DNA of 64,000 nucleotides from the human T2T-CHM13v2.0 reference genome, Homo sapiens: NCBI GenBank assembly GCA_009914755.4, contig CP086569.2, positions 7,680,001 to 7,744,000 of the forward strand, read 5' to 3'. Shown piece by piece: positions 33,836 to 56,748 of this stretch (position 1 is its first letter; each line of letters starts with the position of its first letter). The notes under the pieces were generated by a model. It saw only the letters and a program-made list of their open reading frames with translations, ran no database searches and was not told where the DNA came from. The position numbers and the translations under genes were made by a program.

Positions 33836-34125
33836 CTTTTTTGAGTTAAAATTTTACTCTTGTTACCCAGCCTGTGGTGCAATGGCATGATCTTGGCTCA
33901 CTGTAACCTCCACCTCCTGGGTTCAAATGATTATCCTGCCTCAGCCACCCATGTAGGTGGGATTACAGGCACTTGTTACCACAACCAGGTAATTTTTGTA
34001 TTTTTAGTAGACAAGGGCTTTCACCATGTTGACCTGGCTGGTTTTGAACTTTCGACCTCAGGTGATATGCCCACCTCAAACTCCCAATGGGCTGGGATTA
34101 TGGGTGTGAGCCACCACTCCTGGCC
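33836..34125 (-). mobile_element. Alu, minus orientation
   Basis: Poly-T, then the reverse complement of the Alu body, ending ...GGGATTATGGGTGTGAGCCACCACTCCTGGCC. Confidence 0.85.
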
Positions 34126-34290
34126 TTTCTCTGTTTCATATTGAGATCCTGTAGTCAATTACTATATCCATTGTCTGTCTATGATACTGAAGTCTTTCTT
34201 GTAACAGTCATTTACCTTTGATCTCACTTGCCCCAAACTGTCAAAGAATACCACCTTTCCCTTAACACTGTCATAGAATATAGAAATTAG
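34126..34290 (+). other. Short unique segment; inverted copy present at about 46380-46600
   Basis: ...CATTGTCTGTCTATGATACTGAAGTCTTTCTTGTAACAGTCATTTACCTTTGATCTCACTTGCCCCAAACTGTCAAAGAATACCACCTTTCCC... matches the reverse complement of ...GGGAAGATGTCACTATCATTGATAGACAATGG... and the flanking 46380-46600 sequence. Confidence 0.6.
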
Positions 34291-37200
34291 TCTTTAGTAA
34301 GTTGTCACATCACACATTTACAAAGCCCACTGTTGATGTACTGAATCTAACAAAAGAAAACAGTACAAAGGTGGAATTTCGACTCTCATGTGTGGATCTG
34401 GTCACAGGTCTGATTGTGACTCATGTATGGAGCCAGCACTCAGGCATAAAAATGGGTCTTATTCCTTAACTCAGCCTAAATATGAGACTTTGACTATCAT
34501 ACATGGTTTTAAGGCAATATCTAACATTGTGAGTCCATATGAGCTTGTGGGCCTCAGAGTAGTTTGCAACACTCATGCTTGTCATAAAAATTTCTCGGAT
34601 GTTGAAAGGGTGTCATACAATGCCCCAGAACACATGTGACATTATGACTCTCATATGCATGCCAAGCTAACAGTTAAAGGTGTCACCCTCAAAGATGAGG
34701 AGATTGTGGCATATCACTTGGCCTAGTACCCAGGTGTTAAACTTTTACTTAAATCATTCCCCATGTGTGCATTGTGACATATTGTTGGGTCAGAATCATA
34801 ATAATGTGACTCATGCCTTGGCCCTGCCAACAAAGGATATTACCACATATCTATGAGCCTATCAGCTAGGTCATTTGTCTATTTTGCCTGTGATTTGCCC
34901 AAAAGTAGCATTGTGATGTTGGTGGGCATAGCGTCTAGGAAATGTGACTCTCCTCTCCTGCCTAGGTCCTGCCCGTAAACTAATTGTGACATACTGGTGA
35001 GTGCAAAACCTAGTTAATGCAACTCTCCCTTTTATTATGGATTCCTCCAAAAAAGGGGATTACTACATATTGCTGAGCCCAGCACCAAGGTGGTGTGACT
35101 CTCCCCTTTTTCTTCAAACTATGTCTACAGGGAACATGGTGCCATATTATTTGAGGCTGTACCCAGGTGATGTGACGCTTCTAACTTGGTCCTGGCTGCA
35201 AAGAAGATAATAATGTATCCTGAGCTCAGAACCCAGGGGGTGAGACCCTCCTGCCTTGTTTCTGCCCACAGGTGAAATTGTGACATATAGCTGGGTTCAA
35301 CTCACATGCACTAATATAACAATCATACTTCGGCCCAGAGAGATATTTTGGCTCTCATAGTCAGTCTTATGGCAATAAGTAAAGTAATGGGTCATTTAAT
35401 TGTATGAATTTCATAGAGGATTATGACACTCAGGTATACCATATAAAGCCAGAGTGATACAAACAGTGTTATAACAGGGAACAACAATCAGGTGCAGTTG
35501 TGACTCTTGGATGCACACCCAGCTGACCCCATTTTTATTCTCTCAAAAGAACAGGTACAATTAGGGTACTAAATCTCACACAGAGGTGCACTCAAAGGCC
35601 AGACATGGTGACTAATGCCTATTATTCCAGCACTTTGTGATATAAACCTAAGGCAAGCACCTGTGTGATTTCACTCTTCAGACTGGATCTAGCCTACAAA
35701 TGGGATTTTGATATCTACCTGGGTCAACATTGAAATGATGTGACTTTTCTGCCTGTATCTTGCTTAGTAAGAATAGTGACATCACTAGATCCAGCACTTA
35801 GGTGAGGTTACATTCTTGCCTGCACCATGCCCACAGACATCCTTGTGACATATCACTGTGTCCATCAATTAGAAGACATAACTCTCCTCTCTGGAATGGG
35901 TCCTGCACACAGGGCAGAACGGAGACATATTTCTAGGCCAGGCACACAATATTCTTTTGCAAGTGCCATGCTCAAAAAAGGGCATTTTGACATATCATGG
36001 AACCTATCATGTAGGTGATATGGCTCTTCCTCTTGGGACCTGCCCTCTTGAATAGTGACATATTGCTAGGCCAGGCACAAAGGTGATGGCACCCTTATCA
36101 GGGTCATGCTTTAAGGAGGGCTTTGCAACATATCTCTGGCCTAGTTGATGTGACTTCCTGCTTGGTTCTGCCACATAGATCATTGTGACATAAGGGTGAA
36201 ACCTGCATCTAGGTGATGTAACTCTCGTCTGGGTCCTTCTCTAAGGGTGACTTAAGAATATCTCAGGACACAGGACGAAATGATTTGGCTTTTCTATCTG
36301 GTTGTTCCAACATATTAAATTGTGACATATTCCTAAAGAAGCATCTAGGTTATATGACTGTCTTTTTCTGCCTGAGCCATGCCTACTGGTTGCATTAGGC
36401 CATATCTCTGAGACCACAACTTAAGTGATATGATTATTCTTTCTGGGCCTTTACAATGGGAATATTGTGACACATTGATGAGCCTAGCACTTAGGTAATA
36501 TGACTCACATCGTCTTGCTGAACAAGGCCCACAAACAGAACTTTTGACATATTTCAGGGCCCAGCACCTGGATGATGTTACTCTTCTGCCTAGGACATGT
36601 ATAAAGAGAAAATTATGGCATATTACTTGGCCTACCTGCTAATGATGTGACTCTCCTTTCTGTACCAGAGCCACAGAAGGTATTTTGACATATCTTTGTC
36701 CCATTCTGTAAGTGCTTTGGCTCTCATCACATTGCTGGTATTCTTCCACATGTGGTTGTATCAAATTTCTGGCTCAAGCTGTCAGTTAATTTGAGCCTAA
36801 TTTTTAGGCTCTGCCTAGAGAAGACATTGTGGTATATTGCTTGGCAGAGCATCTAAGTGATGTTAACCCTGTGCCTAATTTTTTGCCCACAAATTGGATT
36901 GTGACATACACCTTGCTTCAGTTCAAAACATAATGATCAAGCTTATATTGGGAATCAGCCAATAGAAGATATTTTGCCTCTCACCACTAGGATTATGTCA
37001 ATAGGTGAGGTTCTTCACTGCAAATGTGTACAAAGTTCACAGAAGTTTACAACAGTTATTCACATAATACAAACTTCTTGGGTGGGACAGAGATATTTAT
37101 AACAGGATGCAGCCAAAAGTTAAGATTGTGACCCCAACAAGCCCCCTGTTGAGATCCTGAGTCTAACAACTGAATAAAGCACAAAGTTGGAATTGTGCCT

Positions 37201-38195
37201 TTCAGAAGTGAATCTGGCCACAGGTGGGATGGTGACCCATTCTGGACCAAGCTCACGGCATAATGATGGTCTCATCCCTGAAGTCAGCCTATAGGAGAGA
37301 TGTTGACTGTCATACCTGGGTTTAGGGCAATATGTGAGATCATGAGTCCATATAAGCATGAAGAACTCAGAGTTTTGAAACTCTCATGCATGTTGTATAA
37401 AATTCTCAGATGTAGTAGAGAGTGTCACACAATGGGCAGCACACACGTGAGATTGTGACGCTTATATTCACAACTAACAATGATGTCACTCTTAAAGATG
37501 AAGCTATTGTGTCATATCTCTTGATCTAGTACCCCAGCGTTCAGTCTTTTTTGTTTAAATTCCTTTCTATAAGGGCATTATGGGTCAAAATCATGATAAT
37601 ATGTGTCTTCTGCCTGGGCCCTGGAAACAGGGGCTATTTTCACATATCTTCATTGTAACGCACGATTGAGTGCAAAACTTAGGTGACATGCTTCTCTTCT
37701 TTGTCCTGAACTCTGCCGAGAAAGAATTATTAAATATTGCTAAGTGCAGCAACCAGGTGATGTAATTCTCTTTTTTTTTTTCCTTTAACCCATCTACGTT
37801 GGGCATGGTGATCTATTACTTTAGGCTGTCCCTGCCTACTGGGGACATTGGGATACATCTCTGAGCCCATGGCATACATGAAATGGCTCTTTTCTTCTGC
37901 CTGGTCTTTGCACTGGGGGAATTGTGACATATATCTGAGCCTAGCACTCAGGTTATTTGACTCTCATTTTTTTCTCAAACCATGCCCACAAACAGAAATT
38001 TTGACTTATTGCAGAGCCCAGCACTGAGATAATGATACTCTTTTGCCTGGTTCCAGCATATAGAGAGAATTATGGCATACTGCTGGGCTCAGCACCTGGA
38101 TAATGTGACCGTCATGCCTGTGCCAGAGCCACAGAAGGTATTTTGCCATATTCTATGCCCATTATGTAGGTGTTTTGACTCTCATCCCTTGGCTG

Positions 38196-38245
38196 TTTTG
38201 TTTGTTTGTTTGCTTGTTTTGTTTGTTTGTTTTTCACATGTTGGA
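38196..38245. repeat. (GTTT)n/(GTTTGTTT)n simple repeat inside satellite
   Basis: ttgtttgtttgtttgcttgttttgtttgtttgttttt. Confidence 0.7.
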
Positions 38246-41200
38246 TGGTTCATGTTGCTGAATCTAACACCCATTTAATGTGACTCTAATTCCTATAATC
38301 TGCCTAGAGTGGGTATTCTGACATGATGCTTAACACAACTCCTAAGTGATGTTACCCTTCTACCTATTTTTTTGCCCACAGATGGAAATATGACATATAC
38401 CTTAATTAGTTCACAGGCATAATTGTCAAACCTGTACTGAAATTCAGCAAATAGAAGATATGTTGCCTTTCATCACTAGGCTTAGTGGAATAGATAATGT
38501 CCTGAGTTGCATATTTGTACCATGCTTACAAAACTTTACAATACTAACTCATAATATATAAACTCCTTGGGTTGTACAGAGGCTTTCATGACAGGCAGCA
38601 GCAAAAAGTTTTGATTGGGACTCTCAATTACACTCCCAGATGAAAGCAAATATTCTCCCCATCCCACATGACCTAAGCACACTATTCAAGTCCTGAGTCT
38701 AAAAAGTGAATAAAATATAAACCTGTAATTGTGACATTCATATGTGGATCTGGCCACAGATGAGATTGTGACTCACTTCTGAATTCAGCTCACAGGAATA
38801 ATAATGAGTACTATTCCTGAAAAGAGCCTACAGAAGAGATGTTGACTATTATGCCTGTGTTTAGGGCAATAGCCAAGATTGTGAATCCATACAAGCATGT
38901 AGGTCTCAGAGTGGTTTGCAACCCTCATGCATGCTGTATAAAGCCTTTAAATTTTGCATAGTGTCATACAATGGCCCAGGAATCATGGGAGATTGTGACT
39001 CTCATATACAAACCAAGCTCACATTTAATGGTGTCACCATCAAAGACAAGGAGATTTGTCATATTCCTAGGCCTAATACCCAGGTGTTGAGAATTTTTGA
39101 CTTAAATTCCTTCCCATGGGTACATTGTGACATATCGTTGGGTTAGAGTAATAATAATGTGACTCTTCTGCCTGGACCCCACCAACAGGGGATATTATCA
39201 CTTATCTCTGGCCCTGTAAGCTAGACGATTTATCTCTGCTGCCTGTTCTGTGCCCTCAAAGGACATTGTGAAATATTGTTTGACTTAACTCCTAGGTAAT
39301 GTGACTGTCTTCTACTGCCTCGGTCCTGATAACTAAGGAAATTGTGACATATTGATTATTGAAAAATCTAGGTGATGTGACTCTCCTTCTTATTCTAGAC
39401 TTACCCAAAAGAGAGGTTTATTACATATTGCAGAGCCCAGTAAATAGGCTGAGTGGCTCTTCTCTCTTTCTTCTTCCCTTTCTATAATGGGCTTAGTAAC
39501 ATACTATTTGAAGCTGCACCCAGGTGTTGTGATTCTTCTGAATAGACCCAGCCTCAAAATTAGATTATACTGTATCACTGGCTCAGCTCCCAGATGATGT
39601 GCTTCTCTTGCCTTGCCCCTGCTTACAGGTGAACTTGTGACATATTTCTGGTTTAAGCAAACATGCACAATAATAACTCTCATACCTGGACTCAGCCAGC
39701 AGTTTTATTTTTACTGCCATAGTCACTCACTCTCACTGTCATGGGTAAAGTCCTGTGTTTTTCACTTGTATAAAGTTCACTAATGATTATAACACTCAGG
39801 TGTATCATAAAAAGCATTGATGATAAAAAGAGTGTCATAACAGACACCAGCAGTGAGGTGAGAATGAGACTCCTGTATGCACACCCAGCTGAAACGATTG
39901 TCATTCTCACACATGAACATGGCCTGGGAATGAGTTATTAAATCTAACATATATAAAGCAGTCAAAGATTGAAATAATTACTTTCATACATGGATCAGAT
40001 TCAGAGGTGGTTTGGTAACATTTGAACCATAATTCAGCACAGCTGTGGTGCTGTGACTTCCCTGTGGGAACAAAATCTTACAGTCAGATTGAGGTTTTTA
40101 TAGATGGATCTTGCCGATTGTTGAGACTGACTCCTATACTTCAACCCAACTCATAGAAAGAGTTGACTCACATACACAAAACCACACAACTTGTGTGGAA
40201 TGTGAAACTTATTTTTGAACTTTCTGAGAGTGTGTTTGAGTCAGGTAACTTTGCCCAGGACATGAATAATTTGACCGTCTTTTCTAGGCCCAGACAACAG
40301 ATGAAATTGTGCCATATGAGGAACAAGCACCTAAGCAATATATAGCAACTTCCTTGGCTCTGCCAACAAAGGACACTTTCATATATCACTGGGACCATTA
40401 CCAAGGTGGTGTGAATTATCATCCTGAAACCTGCCTACAAAGAGAATTGCTTCTTATATGTAGGTCCTTCACATAAGTGAAGTGACTCCCTTCTAGTTCT
40501 TTGGCCCTGCACTTACAGTGCATTTTGACATGTAACTGTGCACTTCACCCGCGTGATGTGATTCTCTATTTTGAGTTTTGTCCACAGGAAGCATTGTAGC
40601 ATATCACATGGATTAGCACCTAGGTGATTTTTGTTTTGTTTTGTTTTTTGCTTTTGGCTGTGTCCTCACCACAGGGAGACTGTGATATGTTGCTGGGCTT
40701 AGTAACAACGTGAGGTCACTCTCCAGCCTTGCTACTGCATAAAAGGGTCATTGCGACATATACCTAGGCCAATTGCCTAGGTGAAATGAACCTCCTCTTT
40801 TGCCAAAGTCCTGCTTACACTGGGAGTTTTGATGTAACTGAAACCAGCATCCAGATTATGTGACTCTTCTGCAAGGGTCCTGCACACTAGGAGGATTGTA
40901 TTGTTTCTCTGGACCCAAAAACCCTATGGTGATGTAACCTTTCATTTGTTGTCTCTGGACACAGGTGTTATTGTGTCATATGTGAGACCACAGCAGAAGC
41001 CAAATAACAATTCATATGCCTGAAGCCAGGGCATGTGCAGGATTGTGAGCCTTATTCTGAAATTTTTCCATAAGTGTAATTGTGACATTTACCTTTGCAC
41101 AGCTCCTGAATGATTTAATAATTTTGTCTAGGTATAGCCCACAAATGAGATTTTGACAAACGCCTATGCCAAGCACCTTTGTGATTTGACTCTGTCATCT

Positions 41201-43527
41201 TAACAATGTCCTCAGGAAGGATTGTAACGTACATCTGGACCAATTGTCTAGGTTACGTGACCCTGCAAACCTGCTTGTACCTTGCTTATTTTAGTAATTG
41301 TACCATTTCTAAAAACTGCATCCAAATGGTATGACTTTCTTGCCTGGGCATTATCAACAGGAACATTGTGACATATTTTTGTGTCCATCATTTAGGTGAT
41401 ATGACTCTCCTCCTCTGCCTGGACACTGCCCACAAAGGACATTATGCCACAGAGCTGGAATTAGCACACAAGCTATGTGTCTACAAAGAGAATATAGAAA
41501 TATTCCTGTCCCAGCATTTAGGTAATGTGGCTGTTCTGCCTTCTTCATAACAACAGAGGGCATTGTGACATATACCTAGGCATGGCTCACAGGAATGATA
41601 ATGAGTCTCATATTGGAATAAAGCCAGTAGAGGCTATTTTGACTCTTATAACTAGGTTTATGAAAATGTGAGATGTCATGGATTACCTCCTGGTTCGAAG
41701 GTCATAAAAGATTACAATATTGACACTTATTTTACAAAGTCTTCTGGTTATAAAGACAGAGTCAAATCAGGGCTCAGCACAGAGATGAAATTGTGAGTCT
41801 TTTATACAAACCCAACTGACAGTCAAGACTGTCATAATATTACATGGATGAAGCCAACTGTCAGACATGAAAAGAGGACATGTATAGTGTTGCAAATTTC
41901 ATGTGTGAAATTTCTGACAGTGTGACTGTCATATAAATCTTTGTGAAGCACCTTTGTAATTTGACTCTTCAGACTTGTTCCAGTCCATATGTGGGAATGT
42001 GATATCTACCTAGATGAACCTTGAGGTGATGTGACACTCCTGCCTGGGCTCTTCTCCCAGTAAGGATTCTGTTGTATTACTGGATCTAACACCCAAGTGA
42101 TCTTACATTCTTGCCTGCACCATGAGCAAAAAATTGTTGTGACATATTTTTGTGTCCACCTCATAGGAGATATAACTCTCTTCTCTGGAATGGATTCTGT
42201 ACAAAGGGAGGATAGTGACATAATGTAAGGCCAGGCACAAAGGTGAGGGTATTTTTTCCCATAGCCATGACCAATGGAGGACATTATGACATATCTCTGG
42301 GCCTATCACTTAGGATATGCGGCTTTCCTGTTTTTTCCCTGCCAACCTGGAGAGTGACATATTTCTAGGCTAGGAACACAGGTAAGGGTACTCTTGCCAG
42401 GGCTATGCTTCATAATGGACATTGTGATAGGTCTCAGGGCCTATCACCTAAGTGAACTGACTCCCTCCTTAAGCCCTACACATATTGTAGGCTTAAGCAC
42501 AGAACCTGCACCAGGGTGATGTAACTATATTTGCCTGGGTGCTGTTCTAAAAGAGCCTTGTGACATATCTCATGACCCAGCAACCAAGTGATGTGGCTCT
42601 TTTGCCTGATTTCTGCCCACATGTTATAATGTGACATATTCCTAGGGAAGCACCTAGCTGATAGGACTCTCCTTGTCTGCCTGAGCAGCTTAGGTCTGCT
42701 GAGCCTAGCTTAGTTTATGTGACTCTACTCTTTTTTCTGAATTATGCCCACAAACGAAAATTTTGACCTACTGCACCCAGATGATGTTACTGTTCTGCCA
42801 GAGTCCTGTATAAAGAGGGAATTTTTACATACTGGTGGGAGCAGCATCCTGACGATGCTACTGGTTGGCCTGTGCCAGAGCCACAGAGAGTATTCTGACA
42901 TATCTCCAGCCCATGCTGTAGGTTTTGGCTCTCATCCCTTGGCTAAGTTTTTCACATGTGGAACTGTGTTATATTAATCAGTCCAGCACCCAGTTAATGT
43001 GACTCTCCTTCCTAGGTTTTACCGAGTGAGGGCATTGTGACATGTTGCTTGCCACATCACCTAAGCTATTTTATTCTTTGTTCTAAGTTTTTGCTCACAA
43101 ATGGGATTATGTCATATACCTTGCTTCAGTTCACATGCATGATGGTCAAACTTATATTGAGATTCAGCTAATAGAAGGTATTTTGTCCCTTGTCACTAGG
43201 CTAATGGAATAGGTAAAATCCTGGGTTGCATTTTTGTAGAAGGCTCACAGAAATTTACAACGCTAATTCTTATTCTACAAACTGCTTGGGTGGTACAGAG
43301 AGTTTCATAACAAGGCCCCACAAAAAATTATAATTGTCATCATCAATGACACACCCAGTTAAGAGTAAAAGTTACAGGAATCCCACATTTACAAAGCTCA
43401 TTGTTGAAGTACTGAGTTTCACTAGGGAAAACAGAATAAAGATGGAATTTTGACTCTTATATGTGGATCTGGCCACAGGTGTGATAGTGACTGATTTTTG
43501 AACATTATCATGTATCCTGAGGTTACA

Positions 43528-43855
<328 letters not shown>

Positions 43856-44929
43856 CTAAATGAGAGAAATTGACTATCATATCTCAGTTTAAGGCAATAT
43901 ATAACATTGTGAGTACATATGAGCCTGTGAGTCACAGTGTAGTTTGCAACTCTCATCCATGATGTATAAAGCCCTCAGATGCTGTAGAGGGTTTCATACA
44001 ATGGCCCAGCATGCATGTGACATTGTGACTCGTATACATACTAAGTTCACAGTTAAAATTGTCAGCCTCTAAAATGAAGAGATTGTGTCATATCACTGGG
44101 CCAACTATCAGGGTGTTAAAACTTTTGCTTAAATTGTTACCCATGTGTGCATTTTTACATATTATTGGGTCAGAATTATAAGAATGCGACTCTTCTTCCC
44201 GGGTCCTGCCAATGAGGGATATTATAACACATCTCTGAGCCTATTAGCTAGGTGATTTTTCTATTTTGTCTGTGTTTTGCCCCCCCAAGGAACATTGTGA
44301 CATCTCTGGAAGTAGCATCTAGAAAATGTGACTCTCCTCTCCAGCCAGATCCTGCCAACTAAGGGAATTGTGACATACCACTGAGGGCAAAACCTAGGTA
44401 ATGCAACACACTTCTTTATTCTGGAGTTGGCCAAAAGAGGGGATTATTTCATATTGCTAAGCCCAACACCTAGGTGATGTGATTCTCCTGTTTTTCTTCA
44501 ACCTTTTCTACCATAGACGTGGTGCCATATTACTTGAGTCTGTCCCCAGATGATGTTACCCTTCTGACTTGGCCATGCATCCAAAGAAGATTGTAAAGTA
44601 TCCTAAGCACCGAATCCAGGTGACAAGACTCTCCTGCCTTGTTTCTGCCCTCAGGTGAAATTGAGTAGGCTAGAGCACTGTCACCCTTAGTGGTTAGCTC
44701 ATGCGGTCTTCAGAGGTATTTCAAAATCATAGTTTGTTGGGGCTCAAAAATGGGCTGGTGCAAATGAGAAGGTGCTGTTGAAATAATTGGAGTCAGGAAG
44801 GGAATGAGATGTGCTTGGAAAAGTGCACATGCTGCTTAGGTGCAACAGAACTGTCTGGCCAGTTCTCTGGTTTGGGCCTTCTGCCATGGAATTAACAGTC
44901 ATTACCTTTATACTGCATTTGTTCGGTAT

Positions 44930-45990
<1,061 letters not shown>

Positions 45991-46615
45991 AGTCTTTTTT
46001 TTTTTAATGTAAACTATTAAGGTCACAGCTTCTATATTTTCTCAGATTCACTTTTTGAAATGAATCTTATATGTCATGCTCCAGCAATATCTCTGCAGGA
46101 AAACGAAAAGAGTCAGCTGAAAAAAAAAAAAAAAGAACATAACTCTCCCATCATGAGACACAGATTAATACATTTTACAAATGTATAATTATACAAAACA
46201 CGTTAACTAGGTGACACTAAAACACCACAGGTTCTAATTCCTTTATAGACATATAAACTTAACAGAAATATACTGACCAAAATGTCATTGTGAAAAGTCT
46301 AAGAACCAGTTAAACCTTTGCTATTCTTCATCCTATTATGAGTATAAATATAAACTCCTAACTTCTGCCTTACCCATCCAAAAATAAGTAAAATTGTGGC
46401 ATCTTTGTCAATGCTCCTGGCTCTTTGTGACCTTACTAAAGACTAATTTCTATATTTCATGACAGTATTGAAAAGAAAGGTGGTGCTCTTTGATACTTTT
46501 GGACAGCTAAAACCAAATGTAAATGACTGTCACAAGAGAAGGAAGATGTCACTATCATTGATAGACAATGGAAATAACATCTGACTACAAGACCTTAATA
46601 AGAAATATGAAGAAT

Positions 46616-46900
46616 GGCCAGGAGCAGTGGTTCATGCCTGTAATCCCAGCACTTTGGGAGACTGAGGTGAGAGAATCACATGAGGTCAGAAATTCAAAAT
46701 CAGCCAGGTCAACATGGTGAAACTGGTCTCTAACAAAAATACAAAAATTGGCCAGGTGTGGTGGCAGTCTGCCTGTAATCCCAGCTATTTAGCAGGCTGA
46801 GGAAGAAGAATTGCTTGAAGCTGGAAAGTGGAGTTTGCAGTAAGCCAGGATTGCACCATAGCACTCTAGGCTGGGCAACAAGAGTGAAAAAGCAACTCAA
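46616..46900 (+). mobile_element. Alu (older, diverged)
   Basis: GGCCAGGAGCAGTGGTTCATGCCTGTAATCCCAGCACTTTGGGAGACTGAGG...GCACTCTAGGCTGGGCAACAAGAGTGAAA. Confidence 0.85.
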
Positions 46901-46955
46901 AACTAAATAAATAAATACATACATACATACATACCTACCTACATACATAAAAATA
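46901..46955. repeat. (ATAC)n/(TACC)n microsatellite derived from the Alu tail
   Basis: aaataaataaatacatacatacatacatacctacctacatacataaaaataag. Confidence 0.7.
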
Positions 46956-47141
46956 AGAAAAAAATGAGGAAAATTTTTTAACTAAAAAACACACAGGCCC
47001 AGGGGAACAGGCTTGAGAGACTCCAAGAATCTCTAGGATAAAACTTGGTAGCTTATTTTTCAAGACAAAAGACACTTAATAAAGATTTGACATGTGGCTT
47101 TTTATTATATAAATTGCAACCTAAGATTACAACATATAACA

Positions 47142-47425
47142 GGCCGGGTGCGGTGGCTCATGCCTGTAATGCCAGCACTTTGGGAGGCTGAGATGGGAGG
47201 ATCACGAGATCAGGAGATCGAGACCATCCTGGCTAACACAGGGAAACCCCATCTCTACTAAAAAATACAAAAAAAAAAAAAATTAGCCGGCATAGTGGTG
47301 GGTGCCTGTGCTCCCAGATACTCAGGAGGCTGAGGCAGGAGAATGGCGTGAATCCAGGAGGTGGGGCTTGCAGTGAGCCGAGATCACACCACTGCACTCC
47401 AGCCCGGGCGACAGAGCAAGACTCT

Positions 47426-47467
<42 letters not shown>
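47142..47467 (+). mobile_element. Young AluY-like element with about 37-nt pure poly(A) tail
   Basis: GGCCGGGTGCGGTGGCTCATGCCTGTAATGCCAGCACTTTGGGAGGCTGAGATGGGAGGATCACGAG...CCAGCCCGGGCGACAGAGCAAGACTCTATCTT(A)37. CpGs are retained and the tail is long and uninterrupted. It is absent at the corresponding point of copies A and C. Confidence 0.85.
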
Positions 47468-55269
<7,802 letters not shown>

Positions 55270-55725
55270 GACATTTTGAGATATCACTGAAACTAGCATC
55301 TAGGTAATGGAATTCACCTCCCCTGCCTGGGAACTGTTCACCAAAGGAATTGTGACATATGATTGAATGAAAACTTAGATGGTATGTCTCCCTTCCGCAC
55401 TCAAGGGTTTATTTCTGTGCTGCATTCTGTTTCATTACTTTGGTGTTCTACCTTTACAGCCCTACCAAAGTGCTTTGGTTACTGTAGGATTTTGTGTGTG
55501 TGTGAAAATTGTTAAGTGTAGGGCTTCCAATATTTTTCTTATTTTTCAAGATTGTCACACTTTTCATAGTACCTTGAGATCCTTTTATTTTTTTCTATTT
55601 TTGAAAAATATAATTAAAATTAAAAAGGGATATGTTGAGCATTGAGTCACTTTAAGTACATGGACATCTTCACAATATTATTTCTTCCAACCCTTGAAAA
55701 AAAGCCTACTCAAAAGTGTGTTGTT

Positions 55726-56049
<324 letters not shown>

Positions 56050-56748
56050 TTATTTTTTAAATTGTTCAGCTTTTCTTCTTTTACTGATTTCTAGCTTCAT
56101 TCCATTTGGGCTGTAAATAATTGTAAAATTTCAATTAAAAAATTGTTAAGGCTTCTTTTGTGGTGTCACAGGTGGTCCGTGTAGGAAAATGTTTTATAAG
56201 CTATTGAAAAGGATGTGTATTCTGTTGTCTGTATACATTTATTAAGTGCAGTTATTGTATAGTGCCTTCAATTATTGTTTCCTTATTAATATTCTGCCTT
56301 GTTTATTTTTTACTGAAAGTGAGATATTGATGTATGCATCCATTATTATATTACTGTCTATTTTGGCATCAATTCTGTCAATGTTTCCTTCATGTGTTTG
56401 GGAAAACAGTAATATATTTATAGGTTCTCAGTGAATGAACCTTTTTATTATAATTGAATGTCCTACTGTGTCTCTTGTAAAATTTGACTAAAAGTAAATT
56501 TTATTAAATATGACAGTTGTCAACTTAATATTGTAACCTTTTCTCATTTCATTTTGTTAATGCTTGCATGGAATTTATTTTTCATCCTGGCATTTTCAGT
56601 TTATTTTTTTTAATTAGCTCTGAAGTGAGTCTCTTGAAGCCATAGTTAGATCGTGATATAGATCATGATGTAGTTAGTTTTTTTATTATTATTTTGAAGG
56701 ATACTATTGCTGGATATAGTATTCTTGCTTAGAATTTTTTCATGTGTT

